Shown: in pieces, positions 14,301 to 29,000 of the stretch
Position numbering within the stretch: the first letter of the stretch is position 1
Layout: every line of letters begins with the position of its first letter
Assembly (NCBI GenBank): GCA_050084985.1
Contig: JBITNC010000002.1
Span: 10,168,001 to 10,232,000 of the forward strand
Reading direction: 5' to 3'
Length of the DNA stretch: 64,000 bases
DNA from: Nageia nagi
Taxonomy: Eukaryota; Plantae; Pinophyta
Notes under the pieces: generated by a model
Database searches by the model: none
Told to the model about the DNA's origin: nothing
Seen by the model: the letters and a program-made list of their open reading frames with translations, nothing else
Program-made: the position numbers and the translations under genes

Positions 14301-14599
14301 TTTTTTATTTGGTCATTTTGGTCCACCCATGATCATGGTCTTTATCCTTTGGTATTTTATCCCATCCATGATCATAGTCTTTATCTTGCAATTATTTTGG
14401 TTTTGCATGTGGTTGTAGTCTCTATCATTTGGTTGTAATCAGTTCCAACCATATTCTTGATCTTGGTCATTTGGTGGCTTGTACTACATCATGGTCATCA
14501 CAAAATCAACACAATACAATGCAAAAATCCTCCTAGGGGGAAGTTGTTATCATAAAAGTGAATGCCATAGAAGAATTCAAACTTCACTCTCCCTTGAGG

Positions 14600-17500
14600 G
14601 CAACTTCACCAATCTAATAGCATACTTAAGCTTACAAAATTGATCTTTTGAAAGGGGCTTGATGAACAAATCAATAGAGTTCAAGGTGGGTGGATAATAC
14701 TCTAGATATATGATGCCATCAAGAACCTTCTCCTTGATAAAATGGGTATGGATTTCTACATGTCTTATTCTCTAATGGAACATAAGATTCTTAGCCAAAG
14801 AAATAACTGATTGATTATTTGAAAAAATCAAAGATAAGCCAACTTACTCATATCCAATTTTTTTATAATATGCCTTAGCTAATGCTAAACACATACATAA
14901 AGGTTGATTTTCTATCTTTATCTCTTTCATATTTAGAATTTGAGAATCTAAATAGAATAAATGAAAAAAATTTAGAATACTTGAGAGTAAGATCCTTAGT
15001 CCCTGTAACATACCTCAAGATTTGCTTAACAACATTGAGATGCTCAACATATGATTTTTGCATGAATTGTACCATCATATTTACTATAAAGGTAATATCT
15101 AACTTGGATATAATCAAATACAAAAGACTACCAATTAATTGCTTGTAAGCTATAGCATCAGCCAACTGAGAGTTAGAACTCAAAGAAATAATGATTCTAG
15201 GAGAAACTAGGATCATAGCATATCTACACTTCCATTTCAAACTTTTACAAGATATTTGATATATACTTAAATTGATTAAGATAAGTACAATCCTTATATT
15301 GGTACATTTGCATTTCAAAATAGTAGTGCAAGAGACCAAGATCAATTATTTCAAATGTTGCCTTAAGTTTGGATATGCACTCTTGAATGATTTCTTCATT
15401 ATTCTTAATTATCAGAAGATAATCCACATTAAAGAGAATTAAGACCATGTATTTTCCCTTATTAAGCTATATAGATTAGAGTTAAAAAAACACTTAGAGA
15501 AACTAATGTCTGCAAAATACCTAAAAAAATTTCTATACTAGGCTCTAGGTGCTTGCTTAAGTCCATATAATGATTTCTTTAGCTTATATATAAAGAACTC
15601 TTTGCCTTCCATAATGAACTCTTTTAGTTGATTTATGAAAATTTTCACATCTAATTCACCATTGAAAAATACACTCCTAATATCAAGTTGAAAAACTTTC
15701 CATATTTAAGCTATAGAAAGAGCAAGGATAATTCTCACAATGGGCATCTTTGCCATAGGGGCAAAGGTTTTCTCATACTCTCCATAGTATTTTTGAGCAA
15801 AATATTTGGCTACTAACCTTACCTTGTATTTCGCAATGTCTCCAATTGAATTAAACTTGACTTTGTAAATCCACTTAATACCAATCACATTCTTCTCATT
15901 AGAATAAGAAACCAAATCCTAAGTTTCATTTTTCATAAGTAACTCATACTCTACTTTCATGGCTTCCATCCACAACTTATGCTTAGAAGTTTTTTTAAAA
16001 GTTGAGGGCTCATGCTTATTGTTAATCTTGGCAAATAAAGATTTGTTAAAGGTCATGCTCCTTGTTACCCTTTATGTTAGAGAATTTATTCCTAAATTGA
16101 TTTATTTAGATCAATATTTAACCAACTAGGTGAAATTCAAGAGTCCTTTAGATCATCAGTATCCTCATTTGAAGCAGATTATTTAAAAATTTCATTGAAC
16201 TTTACATCCCTTGAAATAAATTCAACTTTATAAGATGAAGAGTAGAGACTATAACCTCTATGCTGACTTTCATAACCCATAAAAATGCATTTTTAACCCT
16301 TTTATATAATTTTTTCCTTTTCTCAAAAATAATGTTAGAGAATTCTTCACAACCAAACACACTAAAGTGTGAAATGTTATATTTTCTTCTTGACCATGCT
16401 TTAAAAAGAGTTTTACTTTGAATGGTATTTATGATACACTTATTCAAGGTGTAAATAGCAGTGTTCACAACTTCACCCTGTAAAAAACTAAGAAGATTAC
16501 CCAACAAGCATCTAGCCATCTCCATAATTATATTTTTTTTTGTAACAGTATTCTGCTGAGGAGTGTAAGGAATCATAAACTGTATCTTAATTCTATATTT
16601 AGTGTAATATTCATTGAACTCATTATTGTTACATTCTCTCTCATTATCTAATCTTAACATCTTGATTTTAAAGTTAGTTTGATTCTCAACAAAGAGCTTC
16701 AAAATCTTAAAATATTTAAAAGTTTGATCCTTATACTCAAGTAGATACCCAAAGGTCATCCTACTAAAGTCATCAATAAAAGTCAAGACATAAGATGCTC
16801 TTTCAAGCAACTTAGTCTAAAATGAACCCATCAAATCTAAATGAATAAGTTGAAGAGGTTAAGATGCTCTTGTTGCTTTATTTTTTTCAAATTTTTATCT
16901 ATGCATCTTATCAAGAATGCACTTCTTGCACACCTTTCATAAGTTCTTGGTCTTTCATAACTTGAATACTCTTATAGTTAAAGTGCCCTAAATGTTGTTA
17001 CCAAATATTGCTTCTAGAACACACACTTATAGTAAAACATATCTTTGATAGAACTTGATCCATAATGTAGAGATCATCTTTTACTAACCCTTTAACCAAC
17101 GTGGCAATTTTTTTCTTAATGCATCAAAATTGAGAGTCAAATTCAAAAGAGTACTCTTTTCTAGCAACTTGGATCATGGATAGAAGGTTCATCCTAAGCT
17201 TAAGAACATAGAGCATACTATCAAGAACATTCCTATGAATCAACACACTTCTAATTCCTTAGACTTCAAGGGTAGAATATCACCTATCACAATCTCATTT
17301 TTTTTATACTTGTAAAAGTTTTCAAATTTTTTTTTTAAAGCATAAGTGATTAGTGCAACTAGAATCAACAATCTAATCAGATAAAAAAGAATAAGACATG
17401 GAGTAAAGTGTCGCAACAAAATTAGCTTGAATATTCTTCTTTTCTTTGAAGTTCTTTACATTTGCATTACATTTATTTTTTTCTTTTTTTTTTCTTTTTA

Positions 17501-18399
17501 TAGCAATCAATTTTTTTATGACCTTAGATGCCACAATAGTTACAATTACTATTAAACTTTTTCTTAGGATATGGATTGTTTGCTTTATAGTTTCCATCTC
17601 TTTACTTGAAGTGGTTTTTATTATTCCTGTTATTATTGTTATTATTTATGTTGTTACCATTGTTATCATTATTCCTACTATTGTTGTAGCCATTATGTCT
17701 TTTTTTAAATTTTTTAGAGGAAAAAAGATAAGATTTCTTTTAATGGTTTAACTTCTTTTTGAAAGGATTTTTGGTTATTCTAAGAGCAACATTATTATCT
17801 TTAGAAGAAAAAATCAACATATTTCTATTAAAGGTATCTTCATGCTTCAGAAAGAGCTTAGAAAGGTTCTCAAAAGAGAAAATTTCTTCTTTATCATCAA
17901 CCTTTATTTCTATAATCATCACAAAGTTACCAGACTTTGAAAAAAGACTTTAGAGAATGATGAAGACCATTAAATCATCATTGATCCAATTGCATCCATA
18001 AACAAGTTGGATCCTTAGTTCAATGATTTTATTCAAGTAGATAACCATATTTTTATCTTTTCTTTAACAAAATTGAAGTAACTTTTGAAGAATGGTAAAC
18101 TTTCTTGAAAACTTTGAATTAAGATAGATTTGCTTAAGCTTATCCTAAGCTTTCTTTATTAAAGTTGAAGAGAAAATCATCAGAAGTACATCATTTAAAA
18201 TTGCATAAAAGATCATGAAGGTTGTCAACTCATTCTTCATGTTGTAAGCTTTTAGTATTTTCTTATCTATAAGAGGTACAAGGTTCTCATTCATTATTTA
18301 CCAAAGCTTTTTTACCTGCAATTTAGCTCTTATTTGAAGTTTTCAAATACTAAAGTTGAAATCATCAAGAATGTGTTTGAGTAAAAAAGATTTTCCCAT
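14600..18399 (-). pseudogene. Copia gag-pol with stops and frameshifts
   Basis: Zinc knuckle CNYCGI*GHKKIDC; protease IVDSSCTNH; integrase FIDDFSR, LRLDN, PYTPQQN; RT KWIYKVK, YKVRLVAK, TFAPMAK, LIGSLLYL; RNase H RHVEIHTHFIKE. Confidence 0.92.
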
Positions 18400-21013
18400 T
18401 TGCTACATAAGAATATAAAAAATAATAAGCATGTAATTAACAATATTATATGTTAATTTTTAATCAAAAAATACATGTTAATTTTAACATAAAAGACATG
18501 CATAATTTATTTCACTAATGCAAATATTTTACAACTCAAATAATAATCCATATATCCAAATACATTTCTCATCTCAAAAACCATAGATGTAGAGTGACAT
18601 TGTTGAGATTTGTTTTTTATCTAAAAATTTAGCTTTCACCTAGATGCCCACATAAAAGGAGCCCAAGTATTACCAATCTTCAATTAGTTCACCTTGGTCA
18701 ATATTATACTTTATCACAAGGAGAAGTACCTACTATTTTCTAAAGTTATTACATTGATTAGATCAACCAAATTATTGATTAGGTTTCAAGTTATCCTCCT
18801 ACGTTATCAAAATAATTTTTGAATGGACATGTGGATATGTGGTATCATTACAAACATGTCTATCCACCTATTGGAGTTATATCCAGACTAGTAGATTTAA
18901 GGGCAATTGAAAAATATAAACTTTTCACCATTTAGATCGTCCAACTTAAAGGCTCCAATCCGTCTATCCTCACCTCATGGCTTCCCAAGCAAGTCATGTT
19001 ATGGAATATACATGCGGATGTATTCATTTTAGGAGGATGCTCATTTCAATATTTGTATTTTTATTTGCATAAGTAAATAAATTAAAAAAGTGAACATAAA
19101 GTAAAGGAGCATAAGTAAAATATCATCCATTCAAAAATTTGAAACCTAAGTGTCCAATGGATTTTATTTATCAACCCCTAAAGGACATCACTACATCAAT
19201 CCTAATTTTGCATAAGTCTATTCTTGCATAAGGAAGTAGATTGCATCATCATTTAAGATTTTAAGTAATAAGCATGCATTATTTGAATTTTAAAAATTTT
19301 AAAAAAATCTTAAGCATCTAACTTAAAAATTTAAGTTCTTAAGCATGCATCACCAAAAAAATTTAAATTCTAAGCATGTATTATTAACTTAAATATTTAA
19401 GTACTAAACATGCATCATTTAAACATAAGTATGCATTAGCTCAACAAATAAGTATTAAGCATACATAAAATTTAAGTACTAAGCATAAGCATGCATTATT
19501 TTAACTTAAAAGTAGTAAGCATTTACTTAAAATTTTAAGCCCTAAACATTAACTTAAAAAATTAAGCAAGCAATATGTATTAAATTTTAAGTAAAAAAAA
19601 ATTCATACAAATTCCTCCTTTTTTTTACTTAAAGTTGCACTCCTAAAGATAGCATTCTAGTTGTTCCTTAGAAATTTAACTAAGGAAAGAAATGCCAACA
19701 ACACTTTTAGCTAAGTATTTTGCATGTTAAAATTATCTACTAACAATTATTACCATTTTTAAAGATAAAAGAAATACTCTTAACTTAAAAAAAAGAAATG
19801 ATGATAAGCACTAAATAGGTCATCATTTATTTACCATAATACCTGCAAGAATTAAATGAGAAAGAAAAGTGATCTATACTCAACTAAAAACATTCATTTA
19901 ATGTTTGTAAAAAACTCATTTAATTCCTGCAAAAATTAAATGTAAAAGGAAACTTGCATGCAACATTTGAATGGGAAAACAACAAAAAAAATATTGCAAT
20001 AAACAAGAGAGGGGGGTTTTAATACAAAAAAAGGAAACCATGTGAGAGAATGGAAGCACAGGTCGCAAGGAAAGCAAATGGAGGGTAGCTGAGTGGAGAT
20101 AAATGCGAGTACTGTGTAGAGATAGCCATAGAGAGCAACAAAGAAGGAGGGCGAAAAGGGAGAGGATGCCAAGTGGAGATAGACATGCAGGAGGGCCAAA
20201 CTCAATGTTGCAAGTTTTGGTGAGGCGTACGTACATGCCATTGCAATACAACTGTGCATAGCGTCAAAATCAACATGGAGCCGAATGGAGATAAACGCAC
20301 AAGAGGGCCAGACTCAATATTGCAAGTTTTTGTATGAATTTTAAAAAAAAAAAAATTGCCCAAACAAAGGCCACCCTTCGTATGTAATATTAACCTTTGA
20401 AAAAAAAAAACTAAAAAAAAAAATTCTCTTGATAACTCAGATAGAAAGCTACCTCCTAATTTTTATATATTTAACTAGGAAAAAAATTCCTTAAAGAAAA
20501 TCGGAGCATTAACAAAAAATGCTACTAAAAAATTAGTAAAATAATTGCATTATATACTATCCTCTTAAATAGCTAAAAAAAAAATGCATTGCTCTCTTTA
20601 AAAATCAAACTATAAGTAAAGATAAATAAACTTTTCATCCTCTTTTTATTTAAAAAAAAATTGAGAGCTATTTTTTTTATTTAATAATAAATGGCTTAGA
20701 AAATATTACAATTTTTATATACTAATCTCTTTAATAGAAAATTAACAACATGTTCACTAGAGGTTAGTATAACAAAAATGCATCATATTTCTACTTTTAG
20801 ACATATTTTATAAAAATAATTAGCTAACACATAATTCAAGATATGTTAGTATCATTAGTGAAATAAGTCAAAAATCAAAATGAAAGAGATTATATGAAGG
20901 AGGTTATATCTTCTCTTAAGTTTACCTCACAATGAAGAGTAGGTTTAAGAATGAATACCTCCAACTTGAAGATGAGCCTCCAAACCAAGGATGTAAAGAG
21001 GAGCCTTCAAGGT

Positions 21014-21025
21014 GCTCTGATATCA
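21014..21025 (-). other. Primer-binding site (tRNA-iMet type)
   Basis: The minus strand reads TGATATCAGAGC, one mismatch from canonical TGGTATCAGAGC, 2 nt after an LTR-terminal CA. Confidence 0.8.
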
Positions 21026-21027
21026 AA

Positions 21028-21502
21028 TGAGAGAATAGAAGTATAACAAAAACAATCATAAACACCCAAGATCACATGAAAACTGACAATACACATCTAA
21101 CAAACTCACAAAGCAATCTCACAAACATAACACAAGATGTAAGTGGTTCCTCCAACTAGGAGTACATCCACTAACTAGATCTCTCTTCTTCACAAATATG
21201 AACTCTTACAATCCTCCTACACTTTTCTCTTAAACACTATCTTATAGCATAACTTTACTCTACAAATTGGTGTGTAATCATAAAGAGGGAGTCTTCTATT
21301 TATAGGCCAAAAATCCTCTTTGGATCACCCTTTTATCCAATTTACAAAAGCATCACATGCACGTCCTTTTACCCAAGGGGCATGCTCATGACATGGAGTG
21401 TAGGACAAGTTACATCATCATATTCACTAAAATACTTAAGGTATCAAATGATACCCTTAAGTATTAGTAAACTTACATAGAAAATTATTATAAAACCTTT
21501 AC
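21028..21502 (-). repeat. Putative 5' LTR of the Copia element
   Basis: Minus strand TGTAAAGG...TCTCA with CCTATAAATAG at about 21296-21306. It abuts the PBS, and part of it recurs inverted at 32015-32262. Confidence 0.7.
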
Positions 21503-22055
21503 AATAATGCATTATACATTCCAAAATCATCTTATCATATCATTGCATCGTGATCATTTGTCAGTATCTTTGCTTTTCATTAAATATGGGGCAAAGTTAT
21601 TCTTTGCATATCTTGCTTTCTATTCAACATAGGACAAGATCATCATTGTCACCATCATCATATCACAATAAAGGCATTGTTACCATTATTTTTCTTTGCT
21701 TTCCATTCAACATGGGGTAAAGTTTCCTTTTGGTAGCATGATCATATGTTTAAGCATGACTCACCTCGATTCTTAAGCATTTTAGCATAATCATGTAGCT
21801 TGGTCATCTTTGTATTGACCATGTCTTTAGCAACATCTAGCATTCATCCCATAGCATGTGGTAGGTTTGCCTACCTCCACATCGCCTTACATGTCAATAA
21901 GATATCATTGGTCATTGATCATTGTTATCATCATTTCATCATCTTATCATTGGTCATTGATCATGTTGTGTGTTCGTCATCATCTGTCTTGTTAGCTTTT
22001 GAGTTGAATCTCGATTTGCAATGCTTTACAAAACTCACCTCAAAAAAGGGGCATC

Positions 22056-23041
22056 TGTAACCACCTAAAAATCACATTTTGTGTTGTTTATAGTGTTATG
22101 TTGTATCTTATGGTCACCTTTCATCCTTTGTGGTTGTTCATCATCTATCTAGCCTATTTTTGGTAACTTAAGCTTTGTTACCACTTTATCACCCATGAAA
22201 CTAATCGACCCACCAATTAGGGGGATCATCTAATCGATCCACCAATTAGTGAAGTCAGTCAACCAATCAATTGGTTAGGATTAAGTCCTAATTGGCCCAT
22301 TAGTTAGCCTTGTGTAAAAGTAAACTTTAAAAACATAAAAATTGTCCTGCTCCCTACGCATGCCCAAAATAAAAAGTGGTGCATTGAATGTGTATGGCAG
22401 ACTAGTCAATCGCTTAATCTGCCACCTTTGACTTGGGAGGAGTCCACCACATGTATTTAACTTCCATCTCCAACCATGTCTCCCTCCCTTTGTAAGTTTG
22501 AACTCTCTCCAGCTTTGAACTCTCCAGCCAACATGAAGCACTCCTCCATGCAAATTGAAACCAAAGCAAGCCACCACATAAACATGGACATGTCTTGATC
22601 CCTCTTGCATGTTTAGAGACATCAGGGACGAGTGCATCAAGGAGCCATTGAAGCATTGTATCCTTTTATAAATAGTGTTTTTATGCATTTATGTGTGTAT
22701 GTAGTGTATTTCTAAGCTAGATTCTTGCTAGTTCAATTTTTTTTTACTACTTGATCATTATTTTAAAATAGCATAGGCATATCACACTGCATTCTAGACA
22801 TATCCTTATTTTATGTCACCCATTTGATTAGGGTATGAGGGATCTACAGTTAATCAAGGAGGTTTAACACCTCTCTTGAGCACATTCTAGGGTCTTAAGG
22901 GACTAGAATGTTGAGATCCCTGCTAACACTTATTTTCTTACAAGTTTAAACATTTGTCTAGCACATCAAATATCAAGCAACATTTTAGATGTTGCAGAGT
23001 GGTATCTAGAATACCTCATTACACAGTTTTTGATGCTCATA
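22056..23041 (+). repeat. 3' LTR of element A
   Basis: Preceded by PPT AAAAAAGGGG (22042-22051). The terminal CA has mutated to TA and is followed by the TSD GTATT. Confidence 0.9.
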
Positions 23042-23071
23042 GTATTCAAATCATAATTAGTGCAATTAGGT

Positions 23072-26000
23072 ATGTCGTTACACCATCCTCCCCATATAGG
23101 CATACTTCTTAACCACACCTTCAAGAGGGTTCCCAACTCTATAGATACTTACAAGAAAGTGTTCATTTTATGGTAAGCTTAGTTCTCCACATCATGTTGA
23201 GAATATCCATTATAATCCCCTTTCTGAGGAGCAATTTATTTTGATTGCTCCTTATGTCTAAGATATTTTCTAACAATTCAATGCTAAACAACCTCTTAGT
23301 TCTAGGCTTTCATCACCCTATGTTTCCAACATGGAAAATCAACCTTTTGGGAATTATCCACCCTCCTTTAGAGAGGATATAAGGGTGTCATAACCTTTTC
23401 CTCCTCCCTCCCTACCCCATAGTTCCACTATATCCTCTCTCAAGTTGTTATACTAACACATGACCACTCTCAACATCCTAATCCTATACAAGCATATGTC
23501 GATGCCCAACTTAGGGATCTTACTGACACCCAAAAATATTTCCAATCTTTTCAACACATTCAAGATCCATTGCTTGGACCAACTCAATTTCCTACTCAAG
23601 GTTTGCATAATCAAATGGCTCAAGGGTTTGTAAGTCAACCCTATCATACACCTCAATTGAGTGTTCCCCCTACACATTAAACTTAAAAACCTCAAGGGTA
23701 AACTCAAGTAACCAATTATTATCAAGGTCCAAGATATCAAGTTGTTGAGTCTTTTCCACCTTCTACTTCTCAAGATGAGATTCTAAATAAGTTGAAAAAG
23801 ATAGAGAAAAGGTTTAATGATCAAGGCAAGACTAAGTTATCATATGGATCAATTTGTAATGAGCCAATCCATCCATCTATTTCAATCAAGAACTTTCCTT
23901 ATAAGTTTGGGGTCTCTAACATGGATACATTAAGGGAAAATAGGATCCAAAAGAACATATAAGATAATTCAAGTATTCTTGTTATATTATAGCTAATGAT
24001 GATATTTTTATGTTAAGTACTTTCCCTATGACTTTAGTGGTACAATCTTTGGATTGGTACAACAGCTTGCCTTAACATAGTATCTTCTCCTTTGAGTAAT
24101 TAACTAATCAGGTTTTAGATCACTTTGGGATCAACATTGAGAATAGATCTTCCATTATAGATTTGAGCAAGTTATCCCAATTTGATGATGAATCAATTTC
24201 AAATTATGTGTGTAGATTGAGATCATTTGTGATTGATATGCCCTACACATTCCCTCAAGAAGAGTTGGTCAAATTGTTCTCTAGGATTTACAACAAACAT
24301 ATCTCTTCCATCCTCCAAATTCAAAGGAAGCTTACTTTTGAGGATACCTTAGATAAAGCCAAGATAATTGAAGAAGTAAAGATTCAAGAAAGTGAAATTA
24401 AGATAAGGAAGAAAGACAATAACCAAAAAACTCACAACAATGGTGGCAATTTCAACCAACCCCAACCTAAGCCACAAACAAATCAAATTACATATGTGGT
24501 TAATCAAGCACAACCAATATTACAACCACCACCTCCTAGACAAAGGAATAACCAACCAAGGAACCAATATCAACAACAAGATCAAGTGTAACATAATCAA
24601 GGTAATCAAGGCAATCAATATCACAATCAAACCAACAACAAAGCAATGCCTCCTACACCACCAAGAAAATCATAACAACAACAATGGAATTGGGACATCA
24701 TTAGCAAATCTAATTGAGGATGTCCTCAAGAAGCTTTTGGATGCTAGACTTGTTAAACTTCCTAAGATTAAACAAGAGGAACCTAATGGTGCAAAGCCAC
24801 AATGGTATAGGGATGATGACTTTTATGCCTTCCATCATCAAAGGGGCACACAAAAATAAATGTCAACATGTAAAGGCCATTATTCAAAGATTAATTGATG
24901 ATGATCAAGTATTATATCAACACCCCAAGCTCAAACTAATATGGATTTGGGGGTATATCAAAATCTTCTATCAAGGCATGATACCAACATGAACTACATG
25001 AGAACCATGGCTTCCACATCAAGATAAGTAACACATAATGGTCCCTTACCTACGAAATTTGTTGGTATGATGGGCATAGAGACAATTTATATTGCTACAC
25101 ACATACAAGAAGGGAAGGTGATAGAGCATCTCCACCTAGAGAGATAAGAGCACAACAACCCACACAACCAGTTAACATATAAGTGCAATTACAACCTTCT
25201 ATACCATTCATTTCCTTCAAGAATCCATTGGAGAAACAATTGAGGTTAACTCCTACCAAGATATCTTTATGGGATTTTTTTCAACAATCCAAGGCTCATA
25301 GAGATGCCTTGACTGATATGCTTAATACCATTGAGTTATTTAATAATGATCCTTATGCCTTTGTGGACTTTTGTGCATCCATTCAAGAATACATGGGGCC
25401 TTTTATCACTTTCTATATCGATGAAGTATATCATTCCCTAGGAACATATAAGAAACATCTAGCTATTTATATCATTACATATATATACAATAAAGGCGTT
25501 AAAAGGGTTATGATTTATAAGGGATCAGTTATCAATGTGGTATCTATAGTTGCACTCCAAAATGTTAACATACCCATGTCATACTTGAGTTCTCCTATAT
25601 TGGCCATCAGGGCCTTCAAAAACACTTTGTCTACCACCTTGGGAGTTTTTATGATCCCCATTAAGGTTAGGGTAAAGTTGGTTCCTTCATCTTGTCATGT
25701 CATAGAAGGTGAAATACAATATAATATTTTTTTAGGAAGATCTTGGATATATGATATGGTGTCTCATCTTTGAAGCATGGTTGTATCGGGGTAAGATAAT
25801 TTGTATTCCTATGGATCCAAACCCCTTTATCCATTGCAATCTTATTTAGGCTCTTGATCATTTTTCTATGCCAAATTTGTTGGCCATCACTATCCTTGTC
25901 AACAATAATCCTAGTTAAGCATCATATAGTTCACAATGTCCCCAATCCTTTCATCCTCATCCTAATCAATCTCTTGGTTCAACACCTTCATTATCATCAT

Positions 26001-29000
26001 CTCAATTGGATGTACCTCACCCTACACATCCTAATGATAAATCACCCATAGGTTCTTCATCATCTCAACCATTGAGTTTGAGGCCTCAAGTCAAATATCC
26101 TCAACCCAACCCCACTCAATCTCAATCCTAAGATTAGGTTTCCCCACCTTAGAACCTTTATCATTCATCATACATGACATCTCAACCTTCGTAAGAGGAA
26201 GAGTGTCATGCTTCTTCTTTTGATCATGTCACCAAGATAATGATGATGATGATGATTAGAATCCTTATCCTATATTAGTGTAATATGCTAGCTTTAGTCT
26301 AGGGGAATATCGGATTGAGGATGTATTCTCTAACATCTAACCAATCAAGAATTTTGACTAACCTCAAGATACCTCCATCGCTATCATGTCTTTGGTTCCT
26401 TTAGGTCAAAGTGCTAAGAAATCTTTTTTTATCTATGTTGCCATTGATTCTCCTTCTGATGTTCCTTTTGACTATCCTTTGAAAGAGACATTTTGTATGA
26501 AGATCGATTACTTTTCTTATCCTAATTTTATTTGGTGTATTTTGAACATTGTAAATGACAAGGTTATGGATTAGGCAAGTATAAGCAAGGTATGGTTAAT
26601 AACTTAAAAACTACTTTTCAAGTGAGCCATGAAAAGTGGGGCCTTTATTTAATGGATCCCAAATCATGCACACTTGAAGAAAAGTTCGCTTATCTTAGTA
26701 TTCATGATCGATATTTTGATGTTGATGATATTGGTCTTTATTATGGTCCTTCTAGTCCTATCTCATCAGATTATTCCATCCCTTTAGATTTCTTTGACAA
26801 TCATTTATCTTCAAACATAATTTTTTTTATCAACATGGTATCTAACCATGAGGTAGACCCATTTTATCATCGTCTTGAAGGTGACTATTTGATTTTTTTT
26901 AATACTAAATTTGTAGATTTTTCCTTGCCACCATCAGGGTTCTTTTCATCGAGCAATGTTTTTCTTCCCCCTCACTTGTCCTTCGGAGAGGCATCTTCAT
27001 CTAATCTTGTGTCATCCATATCTAATCCTAGTGAATATGATTACTCATATCTTCCCACCCTTAAGAAACTCAAAGAGGGGTCCCACATAAATGTTGGGGG
27101 CTTAGTCAAAGTTGACATTAACAACAATCCCAAAAATCTCAAGATTGTCTATATCAATAATGCCTTGATCGATTATGAGCATGACCTAGCTAGATCCATT
27201 TTAATCAAGTGTCACAAGCTCTTTTCCATTAGTTATGATGATATGTTAGGGTTAAATCAAAATCTTATAGTGCATAACATCATAACTTATCCTGATGCCA
27301 AACCAATCAAGCAAACTCTTAGGAATTTCAATCTAGCCCAATCCCTTTTAATCAAGGATGAACTTCAAAAGGTTTTGAAGGCTTGCTTCATCAAACCTAT
27401 TGACTACCCCAAATGAGTTTCCAATATGGTTCCTCTTAGTAGATATGATGGTTGTATCTATATTTGCATGGATTTTTATGATCATAACAAGGTGTGTCTT
27501 AAGGACAATTTCCCTCTACCCAATATCGATATCTTAGTTGATAATACTATAAGGTATGAGATGTTATGCCTTATGGATGGTTTTTTTGGATACAACCAAA
27601 TTTGGGTAAGTCCCAAAGATCAACATAAAATAGCTTTCATGACCCCTTAAGGTGCTTATTGCTATAGGATTATGCCTTTTGGTCTTAATAATATTAGAAC
27701 CACCTATCAAAAATCCATGACTTATATCTTTCATGACATAATGCATGATATTGTGGAAGATTATGTTGATGATCTTTTAGCCAAGTCCAAAATGTGTGAA
27801 GAACATTGGGATGTTCTCTATAAGGTCTTCCACCATCTTCTCGAGCATAACATTAGGTTGAATCCTAAGAAGTATGTCTTTGGTGTTATGTTGAGTAAGC
27901 TTAGGTTTCATCGTATCTAAGTGATGCATTGAGATTTACCCTAAAAAGGTCAAGTCCATTATGAATATGCCTCCACCTCATAACTTTAAAACCTTGAGGA
28001 GTCTTCAAGGTAAAATCCATACCATTCATCGCTTTAGAGCCCAACTTTTGGATAACTATCATCCTTTCAACAAGCTCTTGAAGAAGGGTGTTGTCTTCGA
28101 GTGGAATTAGAAGTGCAAACAAGCTTTTTACAATATCAAGCGCTATCTCAACACTCCTCCTATCTTGATCCCTTGTAGGGATGGTATTCGTTTCCACCTT
28201 TATCTATTAATGATGGATTTTTCCTTAGGTGTCATGCTTGGCCAAAAGAATGATCAAGGTAAAGAACAAGCTATCTACTACCTTAGTCCCACTCTTGTTA
28301 ACTATAAGATTAGATACATCTATATAGAGCATCTTTGCCTTGACATCATTTTTGTAGCTAATAAATTACATCATTATATGCTTAATTATATGACATACAT
28401 AATTTCTAATTCTAATCCACTCTAGTACATGATGAGCAAGACTTACCATAATTATTGAACATCTAAGTGGCTCATGTTTTTGTTGGAATGTGATCTTAAG
28501 TTCATTAGTCAGAAATCCATTAAGGGTCATGTCATAATGGATCAATTTATTGAAGTACCCTTTCCATATAACTCTCCTCTAGATATAAATCTCCCTAACA
28601 AGGATATCTTTAAGATTGACTAAGATGAGGAGTTTATCGATACTCACGAGGAATTTAACATTACTATATACTTTGATGGATCAAAGTGTGAGCAAGGGGG
28701 TGGCATAAGAGTTATCTTCTTCATGCCTCAAGGTTTCCTTATCTATTATTCTTTTAAGTTGGCTTTTCTTTGCACCAACCTAAATACAAAGTATGAAGCC
28801 TTGATCCTAAGTCTTAGGATCACTATCAAGCTCAAGATCGAGAGACTCATGATCTATGGTGGTTCTTTCTTGATATTTAACCAAATACTTAGAGTTTATC
28901 AATGTCATAATGAACTCCTTAAGTCTTATAGAGTGGAGGTCATCAAGCTCCTCAAGTTCTTTAAAGCTTATAAGATCAAGTCAGCACCTAGGTCATCCAA

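Larger units (their letters stand above)
14500..21502 (-). mobile_element. Nested Ty1/copia retrotransposon (degenerate)
   Basis: Minus-strand gag-pol in Copia order (gag, PR, INT, RT, RH). tRNA-iMet-type PBS at 21014-21025 and a PPT-like AAGGGAGAG directly after pol. Boundaries are approximate and no TSD was seen. Confidence 0.85.
4718..23041 (+). mobile_element. Non-autonomous Ty3/gypsy (Tat/Ogre-like) LTR element A, 18.3 kb including a nested Copia
   Basis: About 1-kb direct repeats at 4718-5714 and 22056-23041. GTATT flanks both ends (4713-4717 and 23042-23046). A PBS follows the 5' LTR and a PPT precedes the 3' LTR. A gag remnant lies at about 8.2-8.7 kb, and no gypsy pol was recognised inside. 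Confidence 0.9.

Noticed and set aside
9118-14438. Many short hydrophobic or His-rich ORFs
   Set aside because: Products of the T/C-rich, TCAT-biased internal sequence and tandem repeats of element A; no domain motifs.
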